Shown: positions 61,629 to 64,000 of the stretch, piece after piece | Layout: every line of letters begins with the position of its first letter | Position numbering within the stretch: the stretch's first letter is position 1 | Assembly (NCBI GenBank): GCA_963765495.1 | Contig: CAVXWP010000009.1 | Coordinates: 809,240 to 873,239, forward strand | DNA from: Blastocatellia bacterium | GTDB lineage: Bacteria; Acidobacteriota; Blastocatellia; UBA7656 | Length of the DNA: 64,000 nt | Direction: 5' to 3' | The notes under the pieces: generated by a model | The model's input: only the letters and a program-made list of their open reading frames with translations | The model's database searches: none | Told to the model about the DNA's origin: nothing | Position numbers and translations under genes: made by a program

Positions 61629-63431
61629 TTAATCGGCGGCGTAGCTGGATGCGCGTTTGCCTTTATCTTTCGCCATCAATTCGGAAACGTGCATGACAAA
61701 GTTGGCCGCCGAGCCGATCACACCCTTGTGGTGCGGCACATGGTAGAGGCCGCTTTGAAGCTCGGGGTGTTCATCAGCATAGGCGCGCACCTCGTCGAGC
61801 GTGAGGCCGGTCTGCTCAAGTATGCGGGCCATCTCCTGTTTGGCCTTCACCTTAGCTTCGCCCAGAGCCATCTGCACGCGGCTGTGCGCATTGATCTCGC
61901 CCTCGCCCGATGTCTCGATTGGCAGGTAGATCATGTCTTTATACTGATTGACGACCGCCGATTGAGCGCCGTCTGATTGCGTGGAAGGCATACAGCCGAA
62001 CGGCTTGAGCGACAGGACCATATGAGCGAGGTCTTTGTTGGAGTAGTAAATATTCTTTGCGACTTCGAGGTGTCCTTCGCCGCCCGCCGCCCGCGAATTG
62101 TAGTAAGGATGAGCCGCTCGCTGAAGTTCGTACTGATCTACAAGCTCGTGCGGCAGGTTATTGAGCGCCTCGCGCAGGCGATTCCACTCGCGTTTGAATA
62201 TCGCTTCGGCAAGCGTAAGCTGGGTTGTCGCCTTGCGGACCTTCATCTCGTTCTTGAGTCGCTTGTCGATTCTCCAGGCCGGCGGCATCGCTTCATCTTC
62301 GCTTACGCCCTTGCGGTCAACCTTCTGCTGCTTGGCCTGATGAATCAGGTACATAATCCACGTTCCGATTGGCTCGACTATGACCTGCGCGCCTTCGCGT
62401 TCGAGGAACTTGAACATGTTGAAGTTGCCGTCGCCTTCTGTGGTCTGAGCCCAGAATTCGCCCGTGACCTTGACGATGGGCTTGACGCGGGTGCGGTCTA
62501 CCTTGACGGTTGCAAGCCGGTCGCCCACGGCCTTGAAGGCCGAGGTGTATTCATCGCCGAACAACTGGTCTACGAATTTGCCAATGTACTCGGCCGTGCC
62601 GCCGACCTTTGGCAGGTTCTTGAGGAAGCCGCCCGCTTTGCCCTCAAGCGTAAACGAACGATGCTTGCGATAGACTTCGCGCAGAAGTTCGAGCGACTCT
62701 TCCATAGCGGTGTTGGTATCGCCCTCGCTCAACTCGTAGGGTCGGATTTGATAGCAGGCATCGCCGATCAGATCGCCCATGTTCAGCGCGTTCAGGATCG
62801 CGAGGAAGAAGTCTACGTTTAGCTCAAGCCCGGCTTCGGCCTCGGCCTGATTCAATCCGCCGGATTGCTGAAACAGCATTACGCGGAATCCCTCGAAGCC
62901 GGAATTGCGAAGCGCCAGCCGGTATTCGCTCTCATACATCCCAAAGCGGCACGGACCGCAAGCGCCCGCCGTGAAGAAGACATAGTTGTCTATAATATCC
63001 TGGCGAGACAGGCCCTGCTGTTCGAGCGATTGAAGATACTGCACAAGATTTCCGACCGTGAAATAGGTGGGATTGCACTGGCCGTTGTTGCCGTATTCTT
63101 TGCCCAACTGGAAAGCAGCTACGTTGGGAGTGGGCAGATACTGACATTTGTAGCCGAGCCCTTCGAGCGCACCCTGTATCAATCGCTCGTGCCTCCAGGT
63201 CAATCCGCCGAACAGGAGCGTCGTATAGGCTCGTTGCTCCTTCGTAAAAGTGCGCTCGACCGGCTTTGCGAAGTGTTCAACGCTCTTTTCCTCGATGCCC
63301 AGTTCCTGCAAAAGTCTCAATCTCTCCTGTGCCAGCTTCTTTTGAATCGTTTCTTCTTTGGACGAGATTTGAACCAGTGATTGCAAAGACTCCGGCTGCG
63401 CGCCAGACTGCCTTTCCGTACTTGCGCTCAT
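61629..63431 (-). CDS. 2-hydroxyacyl-CoA dehydratase family (HgdB/YjiM-like) protein
   Basis: 600 aa; Cys residues GACGPCRFG typical of the HgdB-like family; operonic with the activase gene. Confidence 0.65.
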   Translation of the reverse strand: MSASTERQSGAQPESLQSLVQISSKEETIQKKLAQERLRLLQELGIEEKSVEHFAKPVERTFTKEQRAYTTLLFGGLTWRHERLIQGALEGLGYKCQYLPTPNVAAFQLGKEYGNNGQCNPTYFTVGNLVQYLQSLEQQGLSRQDIIDNYVFFTAGACGPCRFGMYESEYRLALRNSGFEGFRVMLFQQSGGLNQAEAEAGLELNVDFFLAILNALNMGDLIGDACYQIRPYELSEGDTNTAMEESLELLREVYRKHRSFTLEGKAGGFLKNLPKVGGTAEYIGKFVDQLFGDEYTSAFKAVGDRLATVKVDRTRVKPIVKVTGEFWAQTTEGDGNFNMFKFLEREGAQVIVEPIGTWIMYLIHQAKQQKVDRKGVSEDEAMPPAWRIDKRLKNEMKVRKATTQLTLAEAIFKREWNRLREALNNLPHELVDQYELQRAAHPYYNSRAAGGEGHLEVAKNIYYSNKDLAHMVLSLKPFGCMPSTQSDGAQSAVVNQYKDMIYLPIETSGEGEINAHSRVQMALGEAKVKAKQEMARILEQTGLTLDEVRAYADEHPELQSGLYHVPHHKGVIGSAANFVMHVSELMAKDKGKRASSYAAD

Positions 63432-64000
63432 AGATTTCCTCCTTAACTTTCTAGGTGCCTTTCCTTAGCAATTAAAAAAACGTCTGCCAGTGTGATTTGG
63501 AGAGTGGCTATTACGAACGGCTCCGGCCAGCTCAATTGATGAGCGGTCGCGCTGCCAATGATTGCCGGACCCCCTGTCATATTCTTCTTGCTATCGTTTC
63601 TTACCATTCGCCGATCATACTAATCAGGCTTTGGGACGAACATTACTGCAAATAGCGTCCGTCAGGTGAAATGCTTGCGAATTATACAGATGTGAGAAAA
63701 AAATCCGTCGGTTTACAGTGGCAAGTTGCGCGCCACAATTCCTAAGAGAATATTCCTGTTGCCGACGATCATCCCTGAAAGGCGTTTCTCTAATTATTAC
63801 TGCAATTAGCCATCTGCAAAAGAGATTCACAAATAAAACGCCTGACCCGATCAGGGAACGCTGTGCCTCCAAATGACCCATGCGCTTTTAGAGCCCTCTT
63901 GAAGGCGTCAGTTTGACCCGACATCCTTTTAAGGTCTTTCGTGGCCTTAAAGCGGCGTGTCCTATTGACTCATAGCAAGCAATTACAGCATTTACGAGCT

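Noticed and set aside
63719-63735. Sigma-54 promoter TGGCAAGTTGCGCG upstream of the dehydratase operon
   Set aside because: GG/GC spacing does not fit the -24/-12 consensus, and the orientation relative to the minus-strand operon is wrong.

Overview
This is a high-GC bacterial chromosomal segment whose gene content looks Acidobacteria-like: TonB-dependent receptors with an N-terminal carboxypeptidase-regulatory-like domain, many TPR proteins and multiheme cytochrome motifs. The clearly recognisable genes are queD, queA, def, aroC, uvrB, purC, trxA, cvpA, pilT, a GT9 heptosyltransferase, an ICMT-family methyltransferase, an Rrf2 regulator, a cation-diffusion-facilitator (CDF) transporter, M23 and M28 peptidases, SDR oxidoreductases, an AMP-dependent synthetase, a sensor histidine kinase and a GAF-PP2C phosphatase.

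The accessory and unusual content is:
- A duplicated module made of a TonB-dependent receptor followed by secreted proteins that pair a carboxypeptidase-regulatory-like domain with TPR repeats. The second receptor copy is broken by at least six frameshifts. Conserved palindromes of the form TCCAAA-n-TTTGGA sit upstream of both receptor genes.
- A single-ORF IS605-family element encoding a TnpB RNA-guided-nuclease homolog.
- A small island of integron-like gene cassettes. Two attC-like sites, each running from GCCTAAC to GTTAGRC, flank a PIN-like gene with a small partner and are followed by a DUF433/DUF5615 pair. No intI is in the window, and an IS5-family element with a frameshifted transposase sits next to the island.
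- Two dispersed families of palindromic elements. One is a hairpin built from TCACGNA heptamers, found at three loci. The other is a GGGGCC/GGCCCC-rich palindrome that at one locus lies in frame inside a membrane-protein gene and at another supplies the C-terminus of a gene.
- A nucleotidase-like / tetraheme cytochrome c gene interrupted by a single in-frame TGA.
- A Cys-rich radical SAM gene, a DUF2064 transferase and a DUF2029 membrane protein in one neighbourhood.
- A 708-aa radical SAM protein of unrecognised family.
- A fused 1178-aa CoA-enzyme activase with a dehydratase-like partner.
- A 175-bp multi-hairpin intergenic element.

No rRNA, tRNA or CRISPR arrays were recognised.
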